Position numbers and translations under genes: made by a program
Notes under the pieces: generated by a model
Told to the model about the DNA's origin: nothing
The model's database searches: none
What the model saw: only the letters and a program-made list of their open reading frames with translations
From: an uncultured Pseudomonadota bacterium
Lineage (GTDB): Bacteria; Pseudomonadota; Alphaproteobacteria; JACZXZ01
Assembly: GCA_963749075.1 (NCBI GenBank)
Contig: CAVVLJ010000017.1
Location: 416,001-480,000 of the forward strand
Direction: 5' to 3'
DNA: 64,000 bases
Shown here: positions 28,189-37,790 of the stretch, one piece after another
Position numbering within the stretch: position 1 is the stretch's first letter
Layout: the number at the start of each line of letters is the position of its first letter

Positions 28189-29302
28189 ATGGCCCGTTAC
28201 GACATCCCCTATGTGAACCTCGCTGCCCAGAGCGCCGAGCAGCTGCCCGATCTCGTGGCGATCTTCGAGCGCGTCATGCGGCGCGGCGAATTCGTGGTTG
28301 CGGAGGAGGAGGTCGCGGGGTTCGAGCGGCGCATGGCGGACTATTGCGGCACCCGCGAAGCCGTGGCGCTCGCCTCGGGGACCGACGCGCTGGCGCTGTC
28401 GTTGAGGGTGGTGGGGATCGGACCGGGCGACGAGGTGATCACGCCGCCCAATTCCTTCGTGGCCTCCACCGCGACGGTCGTCCAATCGGGCGCGCGGCCG
28501 GTCTTTGCCGACGTGTTGCCGGACCAGAACATCGATCCTGCCGCGGTCGAGCGCGCCATCACGGCTCGGACCAAGGCGATCATGCCGGTGCATTTGACGG
28601 GGCGAATCTGCCGCATGGATGAGATCATGGCGCTGGCCGAGCGCCACAATCTGGCGGTGATCGAGGACGCGGCCCAGGCGATCGGCTCGACCTTCCAGGG
28701 GCGCAAGAGCGGCTCGTTCGGTCATTTCGGCTGCTTCTCTACCCATCCCCTCAAAAACCTCAATTCCGTGGGCGATGGTGGTTTCGTCACGACGAACGAC
28801 GTGGCGGCTGCCGCGCGGCTCCGCCGGTTGCGCAGCCACGGGCTCGCCGACCGGGCGACCGTCGAAGAATGGGGCACGGTTGCGCGCATGGATGTGCTGC
28901 AAGCGGCCATCCTGAACTACCGTTTCGACAAGCTGCCCGAGATCATCGCGCGGCGGCGGGAGAACGCGGCGCTCTATCAGCGGCTGCTCAAGCACGAGAA
29001 GGTCTTCGTGCCGCCCTGCCGGCAGGACGAGTTCAACACCTTCCATACGTTCGTCATTCAGCTCGAGCGCCGGGACGAGCTTCAGCGCCACCTCCGCGAC
29101 CTCGGCATCAAGACCGCGATCCACTACCCCTTGCCCATCCACCTCCAGCCGGCCGCAGCACGGCTCGGCTACAAAGCCGGAGACTTCCCGGTCGCCGAGC
29201 GCCAGGCCGGGCGCATCATCACGCTCCCGGTCAACCAATATATGCGCCCGTCGGACGTTCGAGGCCGTGGCGCTCGAGATCTTGCGCTTCTACGGCTCCT
29301 GA
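28189..29302 (+). CDS. DegT-family sugar aminotransferase 2 (apparent +1 frameshift at ~29258)
   Basis: ASGTDAL, IEDAAQAIG, FSTHPLKNL; removing one T from GACGTTCGAG gives the typical end DVEAVALEILRFYGS* (TGA 29300-29302). Confidence 0.88.
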
Positions 29303-29385
29303 TGCGATCGGCTGCCGGGGGTGCCTCCTTGATTTGCCGCCCGCGTTGGTCTATCGGGATGAGGCGGATTTCCATGAAGGAGGCC

Positions 29386-30231
29386 ATGGCGTTCACCTAT
29401 TCGACCGACCTCGAGCGGGTGAAGGCGCAGCCCCTCGATGAGCGCAGCCGGCATCTGCGCGGCCTGATCTTCCGCGCGATCGAGAAGGGCGGCCGCGGCC
29501 ATATCGGTCCCGCGCTCTCGATCGTCGAGATCGTTCGCGTGCTTTACGACGATATCCTGCGCCAGCGCCCGGCCGAGCCGAAATGGCCGGGACGCGACCG
29601 CTTCATCCTGAGCAAGGGCCATGGCTGCCTGGCGCTCTATGCGGTGCTGGCCGACCTTGGTTACTTCCCCCAGCACGAGCTCGACCGCTTCTGCCATTTC
29701 GACGGCATCCTCGGCGGCCATCCCGAGGTCATTGTCCCGGGCGTCGAGGCCTGCACGGGTGCCTTGGGGCACGGCCTCCCGGTCGGAGTCGGCATGGCGC
29801 TCGCGGCGCGCATTCAGGGGCGCGACAGCCGGATCGTGGTGCTGATGGGCGACGGCGAGATCAACGAGGGATCCGTGTGGGAGGCCGCGGCCTCTGCCGA
29901 CAAGCACCGGCTCGCCAATCTCGTCGCGATCATCGACTACAACAGGATGCAATCCGCGGGAAGCGTCTACGAGATCCAGAATATGGAGCCGCTCGCCGAC
30001 AAGTGGGCCAGCTTCGGCTTTCAGGTCTCCGAGTGCAACGGCCATGACGTGGTGGAGCTGCGCGCGGCGCTGGGCGCCGCGGTGCGCCTGCCCGCCGATC
30101 GGGCGCGCCTGGTGATCTGCCATACGGTCAAGGGCAAGGGCGTCCCCTCGGCCGAGAACAATCCGTCCTGGCACCACAAATCGGATCTCACGGACGAGGT
30201 CCGCCGGGCCATCCGCGGCGCGTCGGGCTGA
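29386..30231 (+). CDS. Transketolase N-terminal (TPP-binding) subunit
   Basis: AAGGAGG RBS; GHIGPALS, RDRFILSKGH, GALGHGL, GDGEINEGSVWEA, HTVKGKGV. Confidence 0.92.
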   Translation: MAFTYSTDLERVKAQPLDERSRHLRGLIFRAIEKGGRGHIGPALSIVEIVRVLYDDILRQRPAEPKWPGRDRFILSKGHGCLALYAVLADLGYFPQHELDRFCHFDGILGGHPEVIVPGVEACTGALGHGLPVGVGMALAARIQGRDSRIVVLMGDGEINEGSVWEAAASADKHRLANLVAIIDYNRMQSAGSVYEIQNMEPLADKWASFGFQVSECNGHDVVELRAALGAAVRLPADRARLVICHTVKGKGVPSAENNPSWHHKSDLTDEVRRAIRGASG

Positions 30232-30242
30232 GAGGGCCGCCC

Positions 30243-31190
30243 TTGCGCAAGCGCAGCCTCGCCATGGTCTACGAGCTCGCCAAGCGCGACCGTCGCGTCG
30301 TCTTCATCGGTTCCGATCTGTCGCCCGGCACCCTGCCCGAGCTCAAGCGGGAGTGCCCCGAGCGCTACTTCATGGAAGGGATCGCCGAGGCCAACGTCAT
30401 CGGCATGGCGGCGGGCATGGCCATGGAGGGGCTGCTGCCCTACGTCAACACCATCGCGACCTTCATCACCCGCCGCTGCTACGAGCAGGTCGCGGTCGAT
30501 CTCTGTCTGCACGATCTTCCGGTGCGCCTGATCGGGAACGGCGGCGGCTACGTCTACGCGCCCCTCGGCCCCACGCACCAGGCGATCGAGGATATCGCCA
30601 TCATGCGGGCGCTGCCCAATATGACGGTGACCGCGGTCTGCGACGCGGACGAGATAGCCCGACTGATGGCCGCAAGCCTCGACTGGCCGCACCCGATCTA
30701 CATCCGTCTCGGCAAGGGCGGCGATCCGATCATCAGCCGCGACGCGCGCGGCTTCGCGATCGGCAAGGCGATCGACATGATCGACGACGCAAGGGATGGT
30801 TCCGACGTGCTGCTGATCTCGACCGGCGTGGCGACGACCCAGGCGCTCCAGGCGGCCGAGCGGCTCGCAGCGGAGGGGGTGCGCTGCCGGCTGCTCCATC
30901 TCCACACCATCAAGCCGCTGGATCGCCGGGCGGTCCTTGACGCGGCGTCCGCCACCGACCTCGTCGTGACCGTCGAGGAGCATAGCGTGATCGGCGAACT
31001 CGGCAGTGCCGTGCTCGAGGCGCTGGCCGACGGGGGCGCGGACGGCTTGCCTCGCGTCAAGCGCCTCGGCATCCCCGATAAGTTCGCCAAGCACTACGGC
31101 AGTCAAAGTGCCTTGATGGCTCATTGGGGACTGGATGCGGCTGGCATCGTCCGCGCGGTGCATGATGCGCGCGGCGGCTTGCGAACATGA
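30243..31190 (+). CDS. Transketolase C-terminal (pyrimidine-binding) subunit
   Basis: EGIAEANVIGMAAGMA, RRCYEQV, GPTHQAIED, PIYIRLGK, TIKPLD, VTVEEH. Confidence 0.92.
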   Translation: MRKRSLAMVYELAKRDRRVVFIGSDLSPGTLPELKRECPERYFMEGIAEANVIGMAAGMAMEGLLPYVNTIATFITRRCYEQVAVDLCLHDLPVRLIGNGGGYVYAPLGPTHQAIEDIAIMRALPNMTVTAVCDADEIARLMAASLDWPHPIYIRLGKGGDPIISRDARGFAIGKAIDMIDDARDGSDVLLISTGVATTQALQAAERLAAEGVRCRLLHLHTIKPLDRRAVLDAASATDLVVTVEEHSVIGELGSAVLEALADGGADGLPRVKRLGIPDKFAKHYGSQSALMAHWGLDAAGIVRAVHDARGGLRT

Positions 31191-31417
31191 CCGGAACGGG
31201 CCCGTCTCCTGCCGCCGGATCTTCGGGGATTTTCGTTGCCAAAGTGGCCCAGGGCTTCCATTGTCGCCGTGGGGCGAGCAATCCAAATAGCGGTCCGCCG
31301 GCGACTTCGTCGCTTCGGGAAGAATAGCCGTGGAGAGCGGGGAGGTGCGTTATCGCAAGGCGGCCGGAGGCGACGCCGTTTGCGCCACGGTCGGAGCCGC
31401 GCGCCCGGGGGCCGGGT

Positions 31418-32944
31418 ATGGCGGCTGCTAAATTGAGGACACTCGATGAGTTGGCCGCGATCGCCGCGGCGGCGCGCGCCGCGGGCAAGGCCGTCGTTCT
31501 CGCGCACGGCGTGTTCGACATCTTGCACATCGGCCACAAGCGACACCTCGAGATGGGCAAGCGCAACGGCGACGTTCTCATCGTCACGCTGACCGCCGAC
31601 GACTACGTGAACAAGGGTCCCGGACGGCCGATCTTCGCGGAGAAGCTGCGGGCGGAAATGCTCTCGGCACTCGACGTGGTCGACTATGTCGGCATCTCGC
31701 CAAGTCCCGGGGCGGAGCTCGTCATCGATAAGATACGGCCGCGGGTCTACGTCAAGGGGTCCGAATACGGCGACGAGGAAAACGACTTGACCGGCCGGAT
31801 CAAGACGGAGAGGGCGTGCGTCGAGCGCTTCGGCGGGCGGGTGATATTCACCGACGACATCACCTTCAGCTCGTCGAGTCTCGCCAACCGCGCGCTACAG
31901 ACTTTCCCCGAGGATGCCGCCGAATATTTGAAGGACATGCGCGGGCAGGTCGGCTTCGGGGAGCTGCAAGCCAAGCTTCGCGCCTTGCGCGGAATGCATT
32001 GCCTGATCGTCGGCGATACGATACTCGACGAATACATCTACGTCGAGCCGCTCGGCAAGCCGTCGAAGGAGAACATCATCGCGGCTCGCTATCTCGAAAG
32101 GGAGATGTTCCCGGGCGGCGTGATCGCCACCGCCAACACAACGGCGCAATTCTGCGCTCACATCGACCTCGTGACGCTGCTGGGCAAACCCGATAGCCGA
32201 GAGGAGTTCATTCGACAGTCCCTCCACCAGCACGTCAGCCTGATCCCGTTCTATCGCGAGGGCGCTCCGACGACGCTCAAGAGCCGGCTCGTCGATCCCG
32301 GCTACGTCAAGAAGCTGATCGAGGTCGCCTATCTCGACGATGCCCCGCTCCCGCCGGCGAAGCAGGCGGAAATAAACGGATGGATGGACGCGGAAATCGG
32401 GAAATACGACATGGTCATGGTCAACGACTTCGGCCATGGCCTGATCGACGAGACATTGATCGACATCATGTGCCGCAAGGCGCGCTTCCTCGCGGTCAGC
32501 GCGCAGACCAACAGCGCAAACCATGGTTTCAATCTGGTCACTCGCTATCCGCGCGCGGATCTGGTTTGCATCGACGAGCCGGAGGCGCGCTTAGCCGCGG
32601 CCGACCGCCATGCGCCGATCGAGGCCGTCATTCGGCAGAAGCTCGGACCTCGGATGCATTGCCCCACCTTCATCGTCACGCACGGCAAATTGGGCTGCGT
32701 GGTCTCGGCGAATGGCGGCCATATCAAGCATATCCCCGCGCTGATCGACGAGGCGGTGGACACGATGGGGGCAGGCGACGCCTTCTTTTCGGTGGCCTCG
32801 CCGCTGATCGCCAACGGCTGCGATCCGTTCATCGCGGCCTTCATCGGCAACGTCGTCGGCGCGATGAAGATCCGCATCGTCGGTCACCGGCACCAGATAT
32901 CCGACGTGGAGATACTCAAGTATCTCGCGAGCCTGCTGAAGTAG
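31418..32944 (+). CDS. HldE/RfaE-like bifunctional nucleotidyltransferase (N-term) + PfkB sugar kinase (C-term)
   Basis: HGVFDILHIGH (HIGH motif), VNKGPGRPIF, YVKGSEY, FSSS; GDTILDEY, DFGHG, VDTMGAGDAF. Confidence 0.9.
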   Translation: MAAAKLRTLDELAAIAAAARAAGKAVVLAHGVFDILHIGHKRHLEMGKRNGDVLIVTLTADDYVNKGPGRPIFAEKLRAEMLSALDVVDYVGISPSPGAELVIDKIRPRVYVKGSEYGDEENDLTGRIKTERACVERFGGRVIFTDDITFSSSSLANRALQTFPEDAAEYLKDMRGQVGFGELQAKLRALRGMHCLIVGDTILDEYIYVEPLGKPSKENIIAARYLEREMFPGGVIATANTTAQFCAHIDLVTLLGKPDSREEFIRQSLHQHVSLIPFYREGAPTTLKSRLVDPGYVKKLIEVAYLDDAPLPPAKQAEINGWMDAEIGKYDMVMVNDFGHGLIDETLIDIMCRKARFLAVSAQTNSANHGFNLVTRYPRADLVCIDEPEARLAAADRHAPIEAVIRQKLGPRMHCPTFIVTHGKLGCVVSANGGHIKHIPALIDEAVDTMGAGDAFFSVASPLIANGCDPFIAAFIGNVVGAMKIRIVGHRHQISDVEILKYLASLLK

Positions 32945-32953
32945 GCCGCCACG

Positions 32954-34003
32954 TCACGCGAGCTTGAGGAGGACGCGGCCGCCCTTGCCGCTGCGCACCA
33001 GGGACAGCGCCTCGTTGATGTCGTGGAGCGGAAATTCGTCGGTGACGATGCCTTCGAAAGAGATGCGTCCCGCCCTTTGCAGCCGGATGATGCGCGGAAT
33101 GTCGATATGCGGCCGGGCGTCGCCGCCGTGCGAGCCCGTGAGAACCTTGTTGAAGTGGATCGGCAGGGTATAGATCGTCACCTTTTCCGAGGGCACGCCG
33201 ACGAGCACGCAGGTGCCGTCGGGGTGGGTCAGGTTGTATGCGAACTCGATCACCGACTTGACGCCGGTGGTTTCGATCACCTTGTCGGGTCCCTTGCCGC
33301 CGACGATTCCGCGGATACCGGCATCCAGCTCCGCGTGCGAGATCTTCGCGGAATTGAAGCCATGGCTGGCGCCGCGCTGACGGGCCATGGCGAGCTTGTG
33401 ATCGTGAAGGTCGATGGCGACGATCGGATAGGCGCCCGCGAGTGCGGCGAACTGGACGATGTTGATGCCGACGCCGCCGACGCCGAACACCGCCACGGAT
33501 TCCCCGATTTTCACGCCGGCATCGTTGTTGATCACGCCGGCGGCCGTGGTCACGGCGCAGCCGAGCAGCGGAGCCAACCTGGGATCGTAGTCGTGCGGAA
33601 TCGGCGTCAGCCGGTTCTCCGACACGATCGCACACTCGTTGAACGTGGTCACCCAGCCGGCGTTGAGCTTGGCGCCGCGCCAGGCGTAGGACGCGGTTGT
33701 GCCCTGGATGCCGAGGCTCGGCCGCCAGTGCATGACCACGGTATCGCCCGGCTTCACGTTCGTCACCCCGGGTCCGATTTCGAGCACCTTGGCGGACGCC
33801 TCGTGACCGAGCAGATGCGGCAGAAACTTGTCCGGACCCTTCGCCGCGTCGATCTCGTTGATTTGGGCGCCGCAGATCGAGGTGTAGAGAACCTTCACCA
33901 GGACCTGGCCGACCTCGAGCGCCTCGGGGAAGACGATTTCGTCGACGACGAGAGGCGATCTTGACTCGGCGAGAATGGCGGCCTTGGCCGTCTTGATCTG
34001 CAT
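32954..34003 (-). CDS. Zinc-binding (MDR) alcohol dehydrogenase family protein
   Basis: SICGAQ, LLGHE, LLGCAVTT, VFGVGGVG; no structural-zinc Cys loop. Confidence 0.88.
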   Translation of the reverse strand: MQIKTAKAAILAESRSPLVVDEIVFPEALEVGQVLVKVLYTSICGAQINEIDAAKGPDKFLPHLLGHEASAKVLEIGPGVTNVKPGDTVVMHWRPSLGIQGTTASYAWRGAKLNAGWVTTFNECAIVSENRLTPIPHDYDPRLAPLLGCAVTTAAGVINNDAGVKIGESVAVFGVGGVGINIVQFAALAGAYPIVAIDLHDHKLAMARQRGASHGFNSAKISHAELDAGIRGIVGGKGPDKVIETTGVKSVIEFAYNLTHPDGTCVLVGVPSEKVTIYTLPIHFNKVLTGSHGGDARPHIDIPRIIRLQRAGRISFEGIVTDEFPLHDINEALSLVRSGKGGRVLLKLA

Positions 34004-34015
34004 GGCGATCGAACC

Positions 34016-34681
34016 TCATTCGAAGTAAATGAATTCGTAGTCGCCCGTGTAGCCGAAGTGGCTATAGAGCCATATCCATTCGGACGTGTGGAACAACGAT
34101 TCGGCGGTCAGCGCCCAGCACTCGAGATTGAAGAGCTCGAGCTCGTTGCGATAGGCCTCGACCATGACGTATTTGGCGACGCCCACGCGCTCGATCTCCT
34201 GGAGCGCCGTTTGCAGCTCGAAGATGCGCAGGTTGTGCACCGAGCCGACGGCGATGACGAGATCGAAGCTCTTGTCGCCGAACGGGTAGCGGTCCTGCGC
34301 CTTGTATTTGATCAGATTGGGGCGGACCTCCTCCTTCGCATTGGCGAGGCCGTAATCGGAAATGTCGAAGCCGACGAGTTGGGCTGCGGGCAGCAGGAGC
34401 TTGAGCTCGTAGAGCAGATATCCCTTGCCGCACCCCACGTCGAGGATCTTCGCGTCCTCCTTGAGCCCGTACGTATCGATGAGACCCTCCGCGACCGGCT
34501 TCCAGCGTCCTGGGATGTAGCGGTACCCGCCATATCCATAGCGCCGGTCGCCGTCCCAATAATCGGCCTCGTATTCGCGCGCCTTCAACATGCAGCCGAC
34601 CTTGTCGTCCGTCATGCGGGCGATGTAATCGCGCTTGGTCGCCCGATGCAACGGAGTCACGATGTTGAGCATCCTACCCAT
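34016..34681 (-). CDS. Class I SAM-dependent methyltransferase
   Basis: YWDGDRRYGYGGY, ILDVGCGKGYLL, FDISDYG, FDLVI, GYTGDYEFIYFE. Confidence 0.88.
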   Translation of the reverse strand: MGRMLNIVTPLHRATKRDYIARMTDDKVGCMLKAREYEADYWDGDRRYGYGGYRYIPGRWKPVAEGLIDTYGLKEDAKILDVGCGKGYLLYELKLLLPAAQLVGFDISDYGLANAKEEVRPNLIKYKAQDRYPFGDKSFDLVIAVGSVHNLRIFELQTALQEIERVGVAKYVMVEAYRNELELFNLECWALTAESLFHTSEWIWLYSHFGYTGDYEFIYFE

Positions 34682-34820
34682 GAGGTTCCCCCGATCATGC
34701 TCTCGAAGCGTCCGCCGGCCCGCCCGCTGAAGCGCGCCGCTCTGGCCTTGGTGCCCTGAATTGCCGCCGCTTTGACGCGCGGCCGCGGCCGGCGTTTGGC
34801 CCAAAGGGTGCCGCGCGGCC

Positions 34821-37214
34821 TCACTGCCCTTGCGGCGTCGCCCCCAGGATCTTGGCGCGCAGCTCCTCCGATATGCGGCGCGCCTCGTTCGAATCGCCGA
34901 TGACGTTCGGCGTGATGAAGACGATGAGCTCGGTCTTGGCGACCTGTTTATCGGTGGTGCCGGCGAGACCGCCGATCAGCGGGATGTCGGAGATGAGCGG
35001 AATGCCGGACTTCGCGTCAGTGCGGGCGTCCGAGATGAGGCCGCCGAGCACGATGGTCTGGCCGCTCTCGATCGACACGGTGCTGTCGATGCGGCGCTCG
35101 GAGATGGTGGGCGTGAGCGTGCCGGTCGCCGCGCTGGGCGACACGCTGCTCACCTCCTGCTCGACGTCGAGCGAGACCATGCCGCCGACGTTGATGCGCG
35201 GCGTCACATGCAGGATCACGCCGGTGTTGATGTACTGGATGGAGTTGACGATGGGCGCGTTGGATTCGCTCACGCTCACCGCCTGCTGCACCGTGACCGG
35301 CACCACGTCGCCGACCTGGAGCCGCGCCTCCTGATTGTCCTGCACCACGAGATGGGGCGAGGAGATGACGTTGACGTTCGTCTTGCTCGAGAGGGCGTCG
35401 AGGATGACGCCCGGCCCGGATTTACCGAGGATAAAGCTGAAGCCCGGCAGGTCGGACGCGATGCCCAACGCGCTCTGGTTGGTGAGGATGGTCGCGGCCT
35501 GCGTGCTGCTCACGTTGAGGTGGCTCAAATAGAACTGCAGGCCGTAGCGCAGCTCGTTGTTGAGCGTCACCTCGGCGATCGTCGCCTCGATCAGCACTTG
35601 CAGCGCGGGCACGTCGATCTGGCGGATGGCCGCCTCGATCATCTTGTAGGTATCGGGCAAGGCGAGGATGAGGAGCGCGTTCGAGACCTCGTCGGGGATC
35701 ACCCGCACGCCCGCGAAGGCGGGCTCGGCCGCGACGCCGGCGCCGGCCGTTCCTTCGATCGCCGATGCGCTCGCGGCGCGCTGCGCGGCAGCTGCACCGC
35801 CCGGCTGGTTCACGCTGCCGAGGCCGCCGATCGAGCCGAGCCCGGTCGAGGAGAGGCCGCCCACGCCGGTGCTCGCCAAGGTGCTCGTGCCGCCGGCCCC
35901 GCCGACGGCGACCGGCGTGCTCCCGGGCGCCACGCGGCCCGAAGTCTCCTCCGTGCGCTGGGGCGCCAGGCCGAAGACCTGATTGAGCATGCGCGCGATG
36001 TTGGCGGCCTTGCCGTTCTTGAGATAGTAGACGTAGAGGCTGGCGCCCGCCGCGCTATCGCGGTCGAGGCGTGCGATCCATTGGTCGATCTCGCGCAGCA
36101 GCTGCGGGCTCTGGCTCACCACCAGCACGGCATTGAGCCGCACGATCGGCAGCAGCTTGACGACGCCCTTGAGCGGCGGGGCTGCCCCGGTCGCCACGAC
36201 GGCCGCCGGCGGGGTGCCCTCCGGGGCTGCCGCCTGTGCCGCAGCCTGCTCGGCGGTGCTCGCGCTGGCCGCGAGGCCGCCGCCCAGCATGGTCTCGAGC
36301 TCGGCAATGACGCTGGCCGGGTTGGAATGCTTGAGCGGGAAGATGCCGATCGACTTGTTGCGCAGCCAATCCACGTCGAAGCTGCGCACGGTATCGATGA
36401 GGTACTGCCGCTCGTTGCGGTCGCCCGCGACGATGAGGAGGTTGCGCGCCGTATCGATGCGCACGAGGCCCGGCAGGTTCTTGAGCGGGCCCAGGATCTC
36501 GCCGATGTTCTGCGCCGAAATGTGGCGCAGCGGAATGATGCTGAGGCCGTAGCCGGCAGGGAGCGGCTCCTTGAGGTCGCCGAGCGGGGCGACCACAGCC
36601 GGGCCGACTGCCTCGCCCGCGGGCACGATGCGGTAGCCGGTGCGGTCGCGGACGAGGGCGCCGCCGTTCATGCGCAGGATGGTCTCGAGCAAGGCGAGCA
36701 GGTTCGCGCGCGAGATCGGATTGGCGGTCGCGATGGTGACGTTGCCCTGCAGGCGCGGATCGATCACGTAATTGAGGTGGAGCGTATCGGTCAAGATGAG
36801 CCGCACCACGTCGCGGAGCGGCGCATTCTCGAAATTGAGGCGCACGTCCTCGCCCGTGGGCTCGACCTCGGCGGTCGCCGCCTGCGGCGCCGGCGCCACC
36901 TCCGTCCCGGTGCCGAAATAGACCTGCTTCTGCGCTTCGCCTCCCGTGGACCCGCCCGGCTGGATGCGGATGGGCTCGGGCTTGGCTATGGGTGGCGCGA
37001 CCTGCGCCGGCGGGGCCAAGGAGCGGTTCATGAGCCGCGACAGCAGGCCACCCCCGCCCTGCGGCTCGGGAGATTGGTTCTCCTTGCAGGCGGCGAGCGT
37101 GCAGACCGCGAGCAGCACCACGACGCCCGCGCGCGAACTCCCGAGGAGCGGCGCCACGCAGCCGCGCTGCCGCAGAAAGGATCGCCACCAGGCTGAGATC
37201 AATGCTCCCCACAT
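34821..37214 (-). CDS. gspD: Type II secretion secretin GspD (XpsD-like, probable lipoprotein; start uncertain)
   Basis: LNFENAPLRDVV, YVIDPRLQGNVT, N-domain repeats, QVLIEATIAEVTL, VGDVVP, TGVILHVTPRIN, LGGLI, IPLISDIPLIGGL, TELIVFITP; lipobox LAAC. Confidence 0.93.
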   Translation of the reverse strand: MWGALISAWWRSFLRQRGCVAPLLGSSRAGVVVLLAVCTLAACKENQSPEPQGGGGLLSRLMNRSLAPPAQVAPPIAKPEPIRIQPGGSTGGEAQKQVYFGTGTEVAPAPQAATAEVEPTGEDVRLNFENAPLRDVVRLILTDTLHLNYVIDPRLQGNVTIATANPISRANLLALLETILRMNGGALVRDRTGYRIVPAGEAVGPAVVAPLGDLKEPLPAGYGLSIIPLRHISAQNIGEILGPLKNLPGLVRIDTARNLLIVAGDRNERQYLIDTVRSFDVDWLRNKSIGIFPLKHSNPASVIAELETMLGGGLAASASTAEQAAAQAAAPEGTPPAAVVATGAAPPLKGVVKLLPIVRLNAVLVVSQSPQLLREIDQWIARLDRDSAAGASLYVYYLKNGKAANIARMLNQVFGLAPQRTEETSGRVAPGSTPVAVGGAGGTSTLASTGVGGLSSTGLGSIGGLGSVNQPGGAAAAQRAASASAIEGTAGAGVAAEPAFAGVRVIPDEVSNALLILALPDTYKMIEAAIRQIDVPALQVLIEATIAEVTLNNELRYGLQFYLSHLNVSSTQAATILTNQSALGIASDLPGFSFILGKSGPGVILDALSSKTNVNVISSPHLVVQDNQEARLQVGDVVPVTVQQAVSVSESNAPIVNSIQYINTGVILHVTPRINVGGMVSLDVEQEVSSVSPSAATGTLTPTISERRIDSTVSIESGQTIVLGGLISDARTDAKSGIPLISDIPLIGGLAGTTDKQVAKTELIVFITPNVIGDSNEARRISEELRAKILGATPQGQ

Positions 37215-37487
37215 GCAGAGACAGCTCGTTCCGCGGCCGCCGGCCGCGACGCGAGCCCCGGCGGAAACGGCACCCCGGCGGTTCTATCGCCGCAAAGGTG
37301 GTGTCGTCCGCTCCCCCGCGCCGCAGTTTCCCGGATAATGCCAATGGGGTCAAGCCGAACGGCCCCGAGCGCTCCCCGTGGTCGCTTGCCGACGGCGGGG
37401 TGGGGCGGTGTAATCATCGACGGGCGCAAAGCCTCATGATATGACTACGGCGAGTTCCGGGTTGACCCGCGGAGCGGAGAGGGGGCG

Positions 37488-37760
37488 ATGGGAAAGGGCT
37501 CAATCGCGGCCCTGGCGGCCTTGGCGCTTTCGGCCTGCACCGGCAATGCGCCGCCGACGGGCGCCAATGTGACCGCTGCGGTCGCCACGCCCCTCTACAT
37601 CGCCGCCAAGATCCCGGTCTGCGTCGGCACGGTCGCGGTCGCGGCACCGCTCGGCGGGCTCGCGGCGCTGGCGCCCGGCGATGATGCGCGCTATTTCCAG
37701 GGCGAGATCGCGCACGGCCTCACGGCGAATTGCGGGCCGCCCTATGTGCTCGCGCACTGA
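37488..37760 (+). CDS. Small lipoprotein immediately upstream of gspE
   Basis: Lipobox LALSAC; GGAGAGGGG RBS; 30 bp before gspE; two further Cys. Confidence 0.65.
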   Translation: MGKGSIAALAALALSACTGNAPPTGANVTAAVATPLYIAAKIPVCVGTVAVAAPLGGLAALAPGDDARYFQGEIAHGLTANCGPPYVLAH

Positions 37761-37790
37761 CGGCCGCGGCCGAGTGCGATCGAGGGGAGC

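Noticed and set aside
27907-30231. 774-aa DegT-transketolase fusion ORF
   Set aside because: A single extra T at ~29258 bypasses the natural DegT stop (29302); the transketolase has its own AAGGAGG RBS and ATG at 29386.
35750-35960. Gly/Ser/Ala low-complexity stretch as a separate repeat element
   Set aside because: It is the in-frame disordered N3 insertion typical of GspD secretins.
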